Below are positions 27,110-37,058 of a stretch of 47,038 bases of DNA, piece after piece (the stretch's first letter is position 1; every line of letters begins with the position of its first letter). The stretch lies in UHGV virus genome UHGV-0103790; one strand, written 5' to 3'. The translations under genes and the position numbers were made by a program. Under the pieces are notes generated by a model. It did no database searches and had not been told where the DNA came from. It saw only the letters and a list, made by a program, of their open reading frames with translations. The DNA comes from a virus.

Positions 27110-27579
27110 TTGATCTCCCCATTCAGTTCATTAACAATTAATGTTGCATAGCCAGCAATGTCTTTCCAGCTATCGTCGTATGTCGGGTCGCCATTCAGGA
27201 TTCGACCGATTTTATGCTGAATCATATCGAGAGCTTCCTTCTGGCTTGCCGTCAGGTTGCCCCACCCCTCCGTGTCATGCATAACTCGCTTCAGCGACCG
27301 CATTATTTCTGCGCCGTCTTTGAATTTCCCGTAGCGGCTGCCGCGCTCAGTGATAAGGGCTTCTGTGGAACTGGTGCGCCCATTCAAGTCATCATCAGTT
27401 ACTGGCTCACGATGGGCGATAACAATATCGCCAGCCTTTTCGATATCCTTATCTCGCCCTGCGTAATCCAAGCCAAGATGGTATACCCTGCCACTGATCG
27501 CTGACTTCACAACAAGAATGGCGCCAGGATGGTCGTAAAAATCCGCTTCACTTCCTTTATGGTATTTGTATTTCATCAC
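27106..27579 (-). CDS. hypothetical protein (possible nucleotide pyrophosphohydrolase-like C-terminal domain)
   Basis: 157-aa ORF. The C-terminal helical region LTASQKEALDMIQHKIGRILNG...DSWKDIAGYATL gives only a weak family impression. Confidence 0.4.
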   Translation of the reverse strand: MMKYKYHKGSEADFYDHPGAILVVKSAISGRVYHLGLDYAGRDKDIEKAGDIVIAHREPVTDDDLNGRTSSTEALITERGSRYGKFKDGAEIMRSLKRVMHDTEGWGNLTASQKEALDMIQHKIGRILNGDPTYDDSWKDIAGYATLIVNELNGEIK

Positions 27580-27776
27580 TCACCTCTCAACGTAACTTTG
27601 TTTTTCTCATCCACGCTGAAGTGTTCGCGCACAAACGCATACATTTCTTCAGCACTCCATTCACGCATTGCTACATAGCAGTGCGCGTAATATCTGACAT
27701 CTCGCAGGCTTAACGGCTGGCGCTTAGCGATAATCTCAGTCAGTACTTCCAGTGGTTCTTTGCGTTGTCTCGCCAT
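27576..27776 (-). CDS. hypothetical protein
   Basis: 66-aa ORF with RBS GGAGAG. Confidence 0.45.
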   Translation of the reverse strand: MARQRKEPLEVLTEIIAKRQPLSLRDVRYYAHCYVAMREWSAEEMYAFVREHFSVDEKNKVTLRGE

Positions 27777-27871
27777 TGTCGCTCTCCTGTGAAATCATCT
27801 TGACTAATCTACGTCAATTAGTCAATACTAGGTGTTGTAGATTGTATCATAGTTGCGAGGAGTGGTGTGGA

Positions 27872-28087
27872 ATGAAGAAGTGGCAGGAGGTGACAGAGGT
27901 TCATAAGCGCGATTGCCGGGAGACTCTGCAAATGCTTAATGTGCCAGAGTCAATCATTAAATCTATCGAGCAGCGCATTGACCTGGCTGCTATGGAGGCC
28001 GCCCATGAAGCCGAGGAAGCGCAAATGTTGTCATGGATGGACAGAACTCTACCGGGCGTTTTACATTGTGGTAAGACTACCGATTGA
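27872..28087 (+). CDS. hypothetical protein
   Basis: ATG at 27872 with RBS GAGGAG, downstream of a TATCAT -10. Confidence 0.45.
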   Translation: MKKWQEVTEVHKRDCRETLQMLNVPESIIKSIEQRIDLAAMEAAHEAEEAQMLSWMDRTLPGVLHCGKTTD

Positions 28088-28170
28088 AGATGATGACGGG
28101 TATCTGCATAACCATAGTCAGGTACTCAAATATTATGGCGTTCACTACAAAGTTCTGATGGAGAGAAAAA

Positions 28171-28362
28171 ATGACTACTGATCAGGTGTACGAAAAAGAG
28201 TTGCTGAACAAGCTGGAAGAACTTGACCGTACTCGCGCATGGGTTGAAAGCGAATTGCGCGAGGTTCGCAATCGTATGCAACGGCAGGTAAACCGCGAAA
28301 TTATCGAATGGCGCGAAGGGCGTCCGCATTTCAGCAATATTGGTGAGTGGGTGGCGAAATGA
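28171..28362 (+). CDS. hypothetical coiled-coil protein
   Basis: 63-aa ORF with an RBS. Confidence 0.45.
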   Translation: MTTDQVYEKELLNKLEELDRTRAWVESELREVRNRMQRQVNREIIEWREGRPHFSNIGEWVAK

Positions 28363-28583
28363 GAAAAGCCAGCACGTTGCTTCAGTTAATCATGGCTGAC
28401 ATCAGGGAAGACAATGCAAGGGCATCGTGGCAGAAAAACCAGCCTGACCGCCGAACATTGAAACAGATGCTGCATACCAAGTGCAGGCGACCTGGCATAA
28501 AACGCAATTATCGCAGGGACAGGGTACTGAGAAAACTATGCAACATTCAGGCTAAATACATGATGGGGAAGGTGGTGAAATGA
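28359..28583 (+). CDS. hypothetical basic protein
   Basis: ATGA coupling; Arg/Lys-rich. Confidence 0.4.
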   Translation: MRKASTLLQLIMADIREDNARASWQKNQPDRRTLKQMLHTKCRRPGIKRNYRRDRVLRKLCNIQAKYMMGKVVK

Positions 28584-28816
28584 AACCAATGATGGGCAGC
28601 AATGGGCTGCTTGAGTGCCATAAATGCGGGAGCCTTGATGTTTACGCCTGCGTAAAGGGTTCGGCGTGGATTATTGAGTGTAATGATTGCGGAAAGAAAG
28701 GTGGCGAATATCTCCGCCTTTGCACCGCGGTGAGGTCATGGAATACCAGGGGTGGCCAGCTATACACGGTCGAAGACTACAAGCATGATGAACTGGAGCG
28801 TAAACATGGACTTTAA
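28580..28816 (+). CDS. Lar-like restriction alleviation protein (zinc ribbon)
   Basis: CHKCGS...CNDCGKKG...AVRSWNTR fits the Lar-family C-x2-C ... C-x2-C ... A..WN.R pattern. Confidence 0.55.
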   Translation: MKPMMGSNGLLECHKCGSLDVYACVKGSAWIIECNDCGKKGGEYLRLCTAVRSWNTRGGQLYTVEDYKHDELERKHGL

Positions 28817-29276
28817 AACGCAAATACTCACGGTGATAGAGCGTTGTGGTGGCGCAACCAATGCTATGATACGCAAGCAGACTGGCATGACAAACCGCGC
28901 CAGCGTTACTGGCTATCTGATTGAGCTGGAGGGTATGGGATTTATTATTAAAGAGGAAAGCGTCAGCCATGGCAGGCGCTGCTTTAAGTATTTCCTCAAT
29001 CCCGATAATACCGCGCTTGATCTGGCAATTCAGACGTATCTTGAGGCGAATCCGGGACGCAAAAGCAAGCAGATAGCAGAGGCTATCGGCGTCAACTACA
29101 CCATCCTCAAGGCACGCATGCGCTATCTGGCAAGCATTGGTCAGGTTGACCGTGAAATGCTTCCCGGCGGAGCGTGGAAGTATTACTGGCAGGAGGTCAT
29201 TCCGTTTGGCATGAACCGTGACAGGATGATTTTTGAAAAGCTGCTTGCCGGGGCGCGTCAGTCATGTGGGCGGTAA
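28806..29276 (+). CDS. tandem winged-helix protein (putative regulator)
   Basis: Two wHTH-like units. ATG at 28806 with RBS GGAG. Confidence 0.4.
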   Translation: MDFKTQILTVIERCGGATNAMIRKQTGMTNRASVTGYLIELEGMGFIIKEESVSHGRRCFKYFLNPDNTALDLAIQTYLEANPGRKSKQIAEAIGVNYTILKARMRYLASIGQVDREMLPGGAWKYYWQEVIPFGMNRDRMIFEKLLAGARQSCGR

Positions 29277-29554
29277 AGCATAAATCAGGAACCGTGCTGT
29301 TTGTCACCAACTGTGAACGCACGGCCAATAATCGCAGAGAGATGGGGTGGATAGTGGAGGAAGTGGATGTGAGCAAACCAAAAAGCGCATTAATTAAAAT
29401 TACATGGCATGACGACACGGTTAGCCAGTGGCATGCAGATTCATTCAGAGAGGGTGAGCACTCCATTGAAATGAATATTGGTGGATGCATCGTTTGCATC
29501 CCCTGGAGGTTATACAAAGATGGCGAAGTTAAACATTTGGATGTGGAGTCGTAA
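29264..29554 (+). CDS. hypothetical protein
   Basis: 96-aa ORF. Confidence 0.4.
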   Translation: MWAVKHKSGTVLFVTNCERTANNRREMGWIVEEVDVSKPKSALIKITWHDDTVSQWHADSFREGEHSIEMNIGGCIVCIPWRLYKDGEVKHLDVES

Positions 29555-29899
29555 ATGAAACTACAACTTAGCGAAATAATGGAAGCAACAGTCAGTGAAC
29601 TGGAGGATATCGACATGACGCTTGCCTTTGAGATTGAGGCTATTGAGCGCCAGCTTTCCGGGAATCATGATGCGGGCAGAGTATGGAAGGAGAAGGCAAT
29701 GAAAGCGCGCGACCATATGAAGCGCACCCGCGCGCTGGTTCGCACTCGCCTTGATAAGCTCTACTACGGCGAAGAAAGAATGTTGCACGGCGCCATTCTG
29801 GCTGAAATCCGCAAAACGATGCCTATCGGTAAGTTCATGGATGCCGTAAACCGCGCAAAAATTAACTGCGGAATGTTAAATAAGAATAGTCCTCAATAA
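29555..29899 (+). CDS. hypothetical protein
   Basis: 114-aa ORF. Confidence 0.45.
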   Translation: MKLQLSEIMEATVSELEDIDMTLAFEIEAIERQLSGNHDAGRVWKEKAMKARDHMKRTRALVRTRLDKLYYGEERMLHGAILAEIRKTMPIGKFMDAVNRAKINCGMLNKNSPQ

Positions 29900-29943
29900 A
29901 TTCTTTTCCGTGGCTGTTACCTTGCACTCAGGAGGTAGCAGCC

Positions 29944-30066
29944 ATGCCAATCATACTGATATCATTCTTTGCTACTCTTTTCGCTTTTACCGCGTCTCCG
30001 CTTTACCTTCTCGCGTCCGTTTCGTGGTGCATATTCATGGTGTGTTATAATCCGGGCATAAAGTAA
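29944..30066 (+). CDS. small membrane peptide (40 aa)
   Basis: Strong RBS AGGAGG. Hydrophobic sequence MPIILISFFATLFAFTASPLYLLASVSWCIFMV. Confidence 0.4.
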   Translation: MPIILISFFATLFAFTASPLYLLASVSWCIFMVCYNPGIK

Positions 30067-30081
30067 GCGCGGAGAAAGGTC

Positions 30082-31482
30082 ATGATTGTCAAAATTGGCG
30101 ACAAGTGGGTCGTTAAATCTAAGGATGGCTCGCACCAGTTTGGCGAGTACGATACCGAAGAGGCGGCTAAAAAGCGCCTTGCTGAGGTGGAGGCATTCAA
30201 GCACATGAATAATAAATTACAGGTTAACATCCTGTACACCATCAACTCAGCCAGCAACATCAGTGAAAAAATCATTGATGGCGACCCGCATTATGTCATC
30301 AAGAATGTTGTGCCGGTTGTGGATGACATTGTCATGAATGGCGGCCTGTACCCTGGCGATGAGATTAAAAAATCATTCCATGGGCTTGACGGGAAACCAG
30401 CGCCCTATGACCACCCGAAGATTGACGGGAAATACGTGTCGGCCAACATGACGCGAGCCGCTAATCAGTTCAGCGTTGGTGCATGGATTGAGAACTCATC
30501 TCATGATGGCAGCAAGGCGCTGGTAGACCTTTATATTAATAAGGTGGTGGCTGAGCGCTCTGATAAAGGCAGGGAGTTGCTGTCGCGCATTGATGGACTC
30601 AAAGTTAACAGCGCCGATGCCGAACCTGTTCAGGTGTCTACCGGCCTGTTGCTCAACCGTGAGCAGGCATCGGGAACTTCTAAGGGTAAAAAATATTCAT
30701 GGATTGCCAGAAATATGGAGTGGGATCACCTCGCCATTCTTCCGCCTGGAATTCCCGGTGCTGGCGGCCCTGCTGATGGTGTCGGTATCTTTGCTGCTAA
30801 CGGCGAAGACATTGAGCGTGTTGTAGTTAACCTTGAGGAATCGGCAATGACCGACGAAAGTGCAAACAAAATCAAATGGTGGCAGCGTGCCATCAATCGC
30901 CTGACTGGCAATCAGCTATCATTCACCGATATTACTGAACAGCTCCGCAATATCATCAAGGCCGAGACTCAGGCTGATGTATGGCCTTACATCGTCGCCG
31001 TTTATGATAATTACTTCGGCGTTGAGATTGACGGCACCATTTATATGCAGTCCTACATCGTCCGTGAGGATATGGTAGAATTAGTCGGTGAACGGGTTAA
31101 GGCTGTTTATAAGACAGAGCTTGAACCGGTAAAAACAACTCAAGGGGAAATCTCAATGACTAACGAGGAATTACAGGCTGTATTAGCCGATGCCCTCAAA
31201 CCGGTTCAGGAATCGTTGACCGCAGTCAACCAGAAACTGGCCGATGTGGAGGCGCAAAACAAAACTCTACGCGACCAGCTGCAAGCCAATGCTGCGCAAG
31301 AAGAGACCGCAATGCGCACCGCCATTATGGCTGAGCTGAAGTTGCCGGAATCTGCTGTTAATGCGCTGACTGGCGAAGCACTGCGTGAAACCTATGCGCT
31401 CACCAGTAAAGCGGCTCCGATTTCCGGCGGGTTCCAGCCGAACCGTGCCGAAGAAGATTTTGATATGGAGGCACCTGAATAA
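30082..31482 (+). CDS. prohead protease / scaffolding protein
   Basis: 466 aa, immediately upstream of the decoration and capsid genes. C-terminal coiled-coil. RBS GAGAAAGG. Confidence 0.5.
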   Translation: MIVKIGDKWVVKSKDGSHQFGEYDTEEAAKKRLAEVEAFKHMNNKLQVNILYTINSASNISEKIIDGDPHYVIKNVVPVVDDIVMNGGLYPGDEIKKSFHGLDGKPAPYDHPKIDGKYVSANMTRAANQFSVGAWIENSSHDGSKALVDLYINKVVAERSDKGRELLSRIDGLKVNSADAEPVQVSTGLLLNREQASGTSKGKKYSWIARNMEWDHLAILPPGIPGAGGPADGVGIFAANGEDIERVVVNLEESAMTDESANKIKWWQRAINRLTGNQLSFTDITEQLRNIIKAETQADVWPYIVAVYDNYFGVEIDGTIYMQSYIVREDMVELVGERVKAVYKTELEPVKTTQGEISMTNEELQAVLADALKPVQESLTAVNQKLADVEAQNKTLRDQLQANAAQEETAMRTAIMAELKLPESAVNALTGEALRETYALTSKAAPISGGFQPNRAEEDFDMEAPE

Positions 31483-31946
31483 TGGCTACTATCCGTTATG
31501 GCACCATCATTGGCGGCCCGGCCCGCAAAAACGACCCGCAGTTGCGCGAAGGCCTGATGAACGTCTCGCTGCAACCGGGTGCGCTGGTCGACTTCAACTC
31601 CTCTGACAAAATCATCGCGCATGCGACTGCTGGCGGTCATGGTTTCCCTTACGTCCTGCAACACAACTATGTTGGCGGCGGTGACGTGAGCGAAGCTGTA
31701 CCGGCAAGCGCTACCGGCATGGCAGTGCAGTGCGAATTTGGCGTAACGTATCACGCTCTGGTTGCGGCATCCTCCGCGCTGGTAAAAGGTACTCCGCTGG
31801 CAAGCAATGGCTCCGGCGCGTTAAAAGTGGCTGAAGCGGGTGAAAATATCCTGTTTTATGCTTATGAAGCCTACACCGTAGCATCTGATGGCGCTGAACT
31901 CGTTGCAGTTCGTCGCGCTGGCAATGCTGCAATGCCTGCGGCGTAA
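31482..31946 (+). CDS. putative head decoration protein
   Basis: 154-aa Gly/Ala-rich protein between the scaffold and major capsid genes. RBS GGAGG. Confidence 0.4.
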   Translation: MATIRYGTIIGGPARKNDPQLREGLMNVSLQPGALVDFNSSDKIIAHATAGGHGFPYVLQHNYVGGGDVSEAVPASATGMAVQCEFGVTYHALVAASSALVKGTPLASNGSGALKVAEAGENILFYAYEAYTVASDGAELVAVRRAGNAAMPAA

Positions 31947-31957
31947 GGAGCCGAACA

Positions 31958-33046
31958 ATGGAAAAGATTATCTTTACTAAAGGCTTAATCACCAACTCGC
32001 AGGTGGTTAAAGAGCAATGGCGTCACCTGACCGTTGACCGCAAGGTTTTCATCAATGGCGAAAACGCTCTGGCGAAAGACTACGGCGTGAACGCCACCGC
32101 GCTGGTAACGAAAGACTACTGGCGCGAAGTGGATGACGTGACCACCCGTGTATTCCGCAACGAGTCCGGCATGGACATGATGGCCGACCTGATGACGCTG
32201 GCGACCAACATCAACATCGGTAAGACTGTGGCGATTAGCCGCATGGCCTCCGATGCTGGTAAGGTTGTGCGCACCATCTCCGGGCAGGAGCCTGAAGACC
32301 TGGATAAAACCCGCTATTCCTACAGCGGCGATGTAATCCCGATCTTCAAAACCGGTTATGGCCGCGAGTGGCGCGAGCTGCTGGGTATGCAGTCTGAAGG
32401 TTTCGACCCGCTGATTGATGACCAGGAAAGCACCACTTTCAACCTGCGTGCAGACATGGCTGATTATCTGCTGGTCGGCGATGCAAGCCTGAACGTAAAC
32501 GGCGTTTATACTGCTTACGGTATCACCAACCACCCAAACACCGTGCAGCTTAACCTGAGCGCCTCCGGCACTGGCGCGCTGAACATCGACCTGCAAACTG
32601 CAACTCCTGATGAAATCGTTGAGTTCTTCAACCAGGATTTCCAGGCGGTTCTGGATGCGCAGAACGTGTTCGAGCCGGTTACTCTGTGGGTTTCTCCGTC
32701 TGTGCGTCGCTCCTTCAGCCGCCCGTATTCCAACGCGGCAGGCTTCAAAGGCGGCACCATTGAGGATTACATCCTCGCATTCGGCAAAACCGGCAACGTT
32801 GGCCGCATCGCGTCTATCGGCACCAACTTCAAGCTGACCGGGAACCATTTCGTCGGCTATGTGAAGAATGCGCTGTATATCCGCCCTCGCGTCGCTCAGC
32901 CGGTATCCACCTATGCAGAGCCGCGAACCACGCCTCATGCTAACTTTAACTTCCTGACCTGGGCCGCTATGGGCCTGCAAATCCGTAAGGATTTCAATGG
33001 TCGAAGCAAAGTTTTCAACGGCTACGGCACGCAAACCGCGCTGTAA
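31958..33046 (+). CDS. major capsid protein
   Basis: 362 aa with a strong RBS (AAGGAG), following the scaffold and decoration genes. Confidence 0.65.
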   Translation: MEKIIFTKGLITNSQVVKEQWRHLTVDRKVFINGENALAKDYGVNATALVTKDYWREVDDVTTRVFRNESGMDMMADLMTLATNINIGKTVAISRMASDAGKVVRTISGQEPEDLDKTRYSYSGDVIPIFKTGYGREWRELLGMQSEGFDPLIDDQESTTFNLRADMADYLLVGDASLNVNGVYTAYGITNHPNTVQLNLSASGTGALNIDLQTATPDEIVEFFNQDFQAVLDAQNVFEPVTLWVSPSVRRSFSRPYSNAAGFKGGTIEDYILAFGKTGNVGRIASIGTNFKLTGNHFVGYVKNALYIRPRVAQPVSTYAEPRTTPHANFNFLTWAAMGLQIRKDFNGRSKVFNGYGTQTAL

Positions 33047-33048
33047 AA

Positions 33049-33077
33049 ACAAAGGGGCGAAAGCCCCTTTTAACTAT
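33049..33077 (+). terminator. rho-independent terminator after the capsid gene
   Basis: AGGGGC-gaaa-GCCCCT hairpin followed by TTTTAAC. Confidence 0.6.
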
Positions 33078-33088
33078 CAGAGGTTATC

Positions 33089-33283
33089 ATGGCTAAATAT
33101 GAAGTAATCGCCAGTGGAATCTTTGTCAAGGATAAAGATGGTCGTCTGCGCGAGTTTGCCATTGGCGACGTGATTGATGAATCGACTCCGCACATTGAGT
33201 CAAAACTTCGCCCGGTTAGTGAGAAAATTCTGGAAGTTGCAACGCCGCAAGAATCGCAGCCAAAGGCGAAGAAAACCAAGTAA
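33089..33283 (+). CDS. hypothetical protein (64 aa)
   Basis: RBS GAGGTTATC before the ATG. Confidence 0.45.
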   Translation: MAKYEVIASGIFVKDKDGRLREFAIGDVIDESTPHIESKLRPVSEKILEVATPQESQPKAKKTK

Positions 33284-33286
33284 AAT

Positions 33287-33312
33287 AAACCCGCAAACAA
33301 GCGGGTTTTTTA
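33287..33312 (+). terminator. rho-independent terminator
   Basis: AACCCGC-aaacaa-GCGGGTT hairpin followed by TTTTTATT. Confidence 0.6.
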
Positions 33313-33324
33313 TTGGGGGTTATC

Positions 33325-34143
33325 ATGGCTGTCAGGTACGAAATAAACACAACTCCGGCTGACGGAGAGGTTTTGCTTAGCGAAACCATGCCAGCAGACT
33401 GGACTGCATTGCAGGTGCAGATTGTGCCATTAAACTCTTCCGGCGGTCATGCACCATTAACAAGCGGCTCTGTCTCCGTAATGGTATCGCCGTTTGCATC
33501 TGGTGACTTCTGGATTGACGTTAACAATAATAATTATTATGGCGTGGCGCTGCGACTGAAGGTGATCAAGTCACAACTCCCTGCTGGCGTTGCATCCCTG
33601 AAAGTCCTGGTATGGCGAGCTGATACCTCAGTGCCGTCAAGTCAGGTTGTCGCGCAGTCCTACTCGGAGCTTGCCAACAAGCAGGGGAAGTTATTCACCG
33701 CATCGCGTCGCGTGACTGATGTTGCTGGCGGCGCGAACCTTGACAGCATTTTTATTACCGGCTCAAAACAGGTCGTTTTTAATCGGCGCATCATTGGCTA
33801 CACCGGGAAAGGTGTCGTAGCGTCAATCTACCGTGGAGCTGTAGCTACTGGCGGCACCGCTGCGGAGATTAATAACCCAAATGATATCGCGCCGCATACT
33901 GCAACGGCGCAGCTTCTGACTGGCTCTACTGTGACAAGTATCGGCCAGCTGACGGTGGCCGCGACGTATAGTGAAGGAAACGCATCTAATCAGGGGCAGG
34001 GTAATTCGCAGGCAAAACTCGGTGAACAGGTCATCATGGCGCCTAATACCACCTATCTGTTACGCATCACATCGCTGGATACTTCGACGCAAAATGTCAA
34101 TGCTTACGTTTCGTGGTTTGAGGATGACGCTTATCTTCCGTGA
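33325..34143 (+). CDS. putative virion structural protein
   Basis: 273 aa, Thr/Ser/Gly-rich, beta-rich composition, in the capsid module. ATG at 33325; the listed start is a TTG. Confidence 0.4.
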   Translation: MAVRYEINTTPADGEVLLSETMPADWTALQVQIVPLNSSGGHAPLTSGSVSVMVSPFASGDFWIDVNNNNYYGVALRLKVIKSQLPAGVASLKVLVWRADTSVPSSQVVAQSYSELANKQGKLFTASRRVTDVAGGANLDSIFITGSKQVVFNRRIIGYTGKGVVASIYRGAVATGGTAAEINNPNDIAPHTATAQLLTGSTVTSIGQLTVAATYSEGNASNQGQGNSQAKLGEQVIMAPNTTYLLRITSLDTSTQNVNAYVSWFEDDAYLP

Positions 34144-34146
34144 TAA

Positions 34147-34180
34147 AAGAAAAGCCCCAGAAGGGGCTTTGTTTACTTAT
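34147..34180. terminator. bidirectional terminator
   Basis: GCCCC-agaa-GGGGC hairpin followed by TTTGTTT, between convergent genes. Confidence 0.6.
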
Positions 34181-34427
34181 GGTCGCGAAGTTGAATGAGA
34201 TTATCAATCAGCCGCTGGATTGCGGCGTTATCTTTAAATGTGATGTAAATTTCAGACTCATCAGTATCATTAGTTTTATCGCCGGGAATGCCGCGATTTA
34301 TGGTATTCGCAAAAGCTATTAACTTTTCTCCATTGCAATAGCCAGCTTTAATGCCAACGTAACCATCGCCAAGACGGGCAACTTTTGAGCCATCATTCTG
34401 AGTAAAAACGCCATTCTTTTTCATCAC
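34173..34427 (-). CDS. hypothetical protein
   Basis: 84-aa last gene of the minus-strand ParB/MTase/DnaN-like operon. Confidence 0.45.
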   Translation of the reverse strand: MMKKNGVFTQNDGSKVARLGDGYVGIKAGYCNGEKLIAFANTINRGIPGDKTNDTDESEIYITFKDNAAIQRLIDNLIQLRDHK

Positions 34428-34963
34428 TAAATCCTCATTGGCATAACGATAACTTTTGCAGTCTCGCCAGTAGGTGCATTAATGTTTGCGACGGCGGCGC
34501 TGGTGTTGCCATTAAGCTCAAATAGCACCGCCTCATATTTAGGGTTAAACAGCTTCGCCAGCTTCTCTACATCTACCAGATATTTGGCGTTGAAGCCGAT
34601 TTGCTCTGTTGCCGCTGTCTGCTTCGGGATGACGCGATCAATATCAGGGTAATTGCCGTTAATTTCGGAACAAATCCCTGCGCCTACCATGATTTCATGC
34701 TCGTCATGGTAAGTAACAATACCTGTTTTGGTGTCCAGTAGCGCATGCGCATAACGCTTAGTTGGCGACTTGCTTACCGATACGATGACGTTACTTTTTA
34801 TCTTGTTTTCGTGCTTACTGGCAATCATGGCGCGATGACCGTCAGTAGCGGCAACTCGACCATCAGGCATAAAGCAAATGCCATTCAGGTAGTAACGCAC
34901 ATCCTGTTTGGCTTGAAATATCAAAGCACCTTCAAGGAGTAACTTGCTAACTTTTAATTTCAT
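34427..34963 (-). CDS. truncated beta sliding clamp (DnaN) homolog covering domain II and the C-terminal half of domain III
   Basis: QDVRYYLNG, ATDGHR, YPDIDRVIPKQ (DnaN FPDYRRVLPKN) and C-terminal KVIVMPMRI (DnaN AYVVMPMRL) match E. coli DnaN from memory. Only ~177 aa against 366. ATG at 34963. Confidence 0.55.
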   Translation of the reverse strand: MKLKVSKLLLEGALIFQAKQDVRYYLNGICFMPDGRVAATDGHRAMIASKHENKIKSNVIVSVSKSPTKRYAHALLDTKTGIVTYHDEHEIMVGAGICSEINGNYPDIDRVIPKQTAATEQIGFNAKYLVDVEKLAKLFNPKYEAVLFELNGNTSAAVANINAPTGETAKVIVMPMRI

Positions 34964-35136
34964 CACTTCACCTTTATCATGTGTTGTTTTGCAACCTTCA
35001 GGCATTCATCGAAAATCTTGCCATTCTTTTCACTCTGGTTGCTCCTGTAGTGGGTAATTGCGGCCTCTATAGCCGAGTTGTCGATACCTGGCAGTTTTTC
35101 GCGCAGGTTTTTCTCTATGAATTGTTCGTGGTTCAT
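34963..35136 (-). CDS. small hypothetical protein (57 aa)
   Basis: ATGA overlap with the methyltransferase gene and TGATG overlap with the DnaN-like gene. Confidence 0.35.
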   Translation of the reverse strand: MNHEQFIEKNLREKLPGIDNSAIEAAITHYRSNQSEKNGKIFDECLKVAKQHMIKVK

Positions 35137-35786
35137 CCTAAAATCCTTTTTTTTGCTACTTCAAAATACCCATCATCTTTTTCGATTCCTATAAATCTGC
35201 GGCCCGTGTTGATGCATGCTACGCCTGTTGTGCCGCTACCCATTACATTATCAAGCACCACATCGCCCTCATTGGTTGATGCCAGAATAAGCCTTTCCAT
35301 CAATGATACTGGCTTTTCGGTGGGGTGGATTTTTGCCCTGCCAGACGGCGCTTGCCAAATAGCCTTCTTGCAATGCTCATTAAATGTTGCGTTTGACTTC
35401 CTTGCAAACACACAAAATTCCAGGCCGCTTAGCCAGAGGCGCTTACCATTCATCGGGCTAGGGTTTGTTTTTTCCCATGCGCCAACGCGAGTTGTTAGGC
35501 CAAAGCTACGGAAGTGAGCAACCAACGTGCTTATTTGCTCTGTTCCACAAAAAGCATAAATACTGCCTGTGCAAATGCGGTTGAAATGTTCTGCGACTTC
35601 AAATAGGTCCATTTCACATCTGTCAGCATTACCGCGATCTAACTTGCGTAATCCACTGCTTTTCTGCGAGACTTCACCGTAAGGCAAATCACACAAAATC
35701 AAATCAATGCTTCTTTCTGGAATAGACTTCATAACTTCCAGGCAATCACCATGAATTAATTTCACGTCTTCATTTATAATCATCAC
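35133..35786 (-). CDS. DNA methyltransferase (beta-class N6A/N4C)
   Basis: DLPYG motif IV precedes the GSGTTG motif I. Confidence 0.7.
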   Translation of the reverse strand: MMIINEDVKLIHGDCLEVMKSIPERSIDLILCDLPYGEVSQKSSGLRKLDRGNADRCEMDLFEVAEHFNRICTGSIYAFCGTEQISTLVAHFRSFGLTTRVGAWEKTNPSPMNGKRLWLSGLEFCVFARKSNATFNEHCKKAIWQAPSGRAKIHPTEKPVSLMERLILASTNEGDVVLDNVMGSGTTGVACINTGRRFIGIEKDDGYFEVAKKRILG

Positions 35787-36598
35787 AGCTTCTCCAGAAT
35801 AGCCAGAACTTCACTCAACTCAGCGGAAGGAAGGCGCAAAAACTCCTCGGTCTCCTGTGCCACATGACCCTCAGCAACAACCATGTGATCTGCTTCTTTC
35901 AGCAACTGAATCAGGCGGTCAATCGGCTTAACTTTTTTGGCCTTGAGCGTTTTCGCCGTCACCTTATCCTTGCCCTGCGCTTTCGCTTCCTCAACGGCAG
36001 CATCAATAACGTTAACGGCATCATCTCCATGCTCGCGCGCCACTGCAACGGCGTTGGCATAGCTGATTTGTCCTGCATTGATACGTTGCTTGATAGCATC
36101 AGGCACATCACCAAGTGACAGGTGCATCTGCACATCAGAAACTGAGCGACCGACCTTCTTAGCGATTTCTTCATTAGTCCATCCAAAACCTTTCAGGCGC
36201 ACATAAGCCTTTGCACGCTCAAGCGGGTCGAGCTGCTTGCCCTGACTTGAAGACACCATGAAGGCGATTTTATCCGCCTCATCGCCGGTGAAGTCTTTGC
36301 ACTCAATGCGCGCAATTGGCACGCCGCGCTCAATGGCACGCAGTGCGCCCAGATAACGATGCTGTCCGTCAAGAATCTTGATGCGCTTTCCGTCGGCATC
36401 AGGAATAACAGTTAACGCCGGGATTGGCTGGCCTGATTCCCAGCACTGCGCGAAGTATTCAACGTGCTGCTCATCGGCTTCGCGGATGTTGTACCCCGGC
36501 TCAAGATAAAGCTGGTCGACAGGAACCTGATAACCTTTGTTGACCACGATTCCGCCGCGAGTTTCTTTGTCTGAGTAAATTTTTCCGAGAGATGTCAT
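35783..36598 (-). CDS. ParB-like nuclease domain protein
   Basis: [12 protein letters not shown] ParB/Srx motif. ATG at 36598 with RBS GAGGA; ATGA overlap with the methyltransferase gene. Confidence 0.65.
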   Translation of the reverse strand: MTSLGKIYSDKETRGGIVVNKGYQVPVDQLYLEPGYNIREADEQHVEYFAQCWESGQPIPALTVIPDADGKRIKILDGQHRYLGALRAIERGVPIARIECKDFTGDEADKIAFMVSSSQGKQLDPLERAKAYVRLKGFGWTNEEIAKKVGRSVSDVQMHLSLGDVPDAIKQRINAGQISYANAVAVAREHGDDAVNVIDAAVEEAKAQGKDKVTAKTLKAKKVKPIDRLIQLLKEADHMVVAEGHVAQETEEFLRLPSAELSEVLAILEKL

Positions 36599-36605
36599 CT
36601 TTTCC

Positions 36606-36722
36606 TCACTTTGATAAACAGATTGCGCTGGCAATGGCGAATCCGATAACGATTAATGCCAGCTTTATTTTGAACTTACCCCACGCTTTCAGGTCTTCTT
36701 TTCGTATTTCGTGGTGGATCAT
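36606..36722 (-). CDS. small membrane protein (38 aa)
   Basis: ATGA overlap with the upstream gene. C-terminal transmembrane helix LALIVIGFAIASAICL. Confidence 0.35.
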   Translation of the reverse strand: MIHHEIRKEDLKAWGKFKIKLALIVIGFAIASAICLSK

Positions 36723-37018
36723 TTGGATTCTCCGAGTGCTTTCGCGATTGCGGCACGCGCTGACAGCAATGCTGGGTTATCAATTGACGCCTCATACTGA
36801 TATGCTTCAACCATATTTTGCAATGCTTCCAGCAACTCCGGCGCGGCAGCGATGAGTTGCGCATTTGCCATTGCCACCGGACCGCGATGCTCATCATTAT
36901 CAAACCAACTTGCGGATGAGCAAACATTCCCAACAGTTCCGCGCACCGCGTTAATGTCATAAAAATAACCGTTATCTTCGACTTCCCACGACCCCGGCGT
37001 ACCTTTGAATTCATTCAT
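36719..37018 (-). CDS. hypothetical protein
   Basis: ATG at 37018 with RBS GAGGTGGTG. First gene after the strong minus-strand promoter. Confidence 0.45.
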   Translation of the reverse strand: MNEFKGTPGSWEVEDNGYFYDINAVRGTVGNVCSSASWFDNDEHRGPVAMANAQLIAAAPELLEALQNMVEAYQYEASIDNPALLSARAAIAKALGESK

Positions 37019-37058
37019 CTTCACCACCTCTAACATTTATTGTTGTTTCTACGTCATC

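Noticed and set aside
31985-33052. 355-aa minus-strand ORF
   Set aside because: It is antisense to the major capsid gene. A GC-rich codon-biased gene commonly yields a long open antisense frame.
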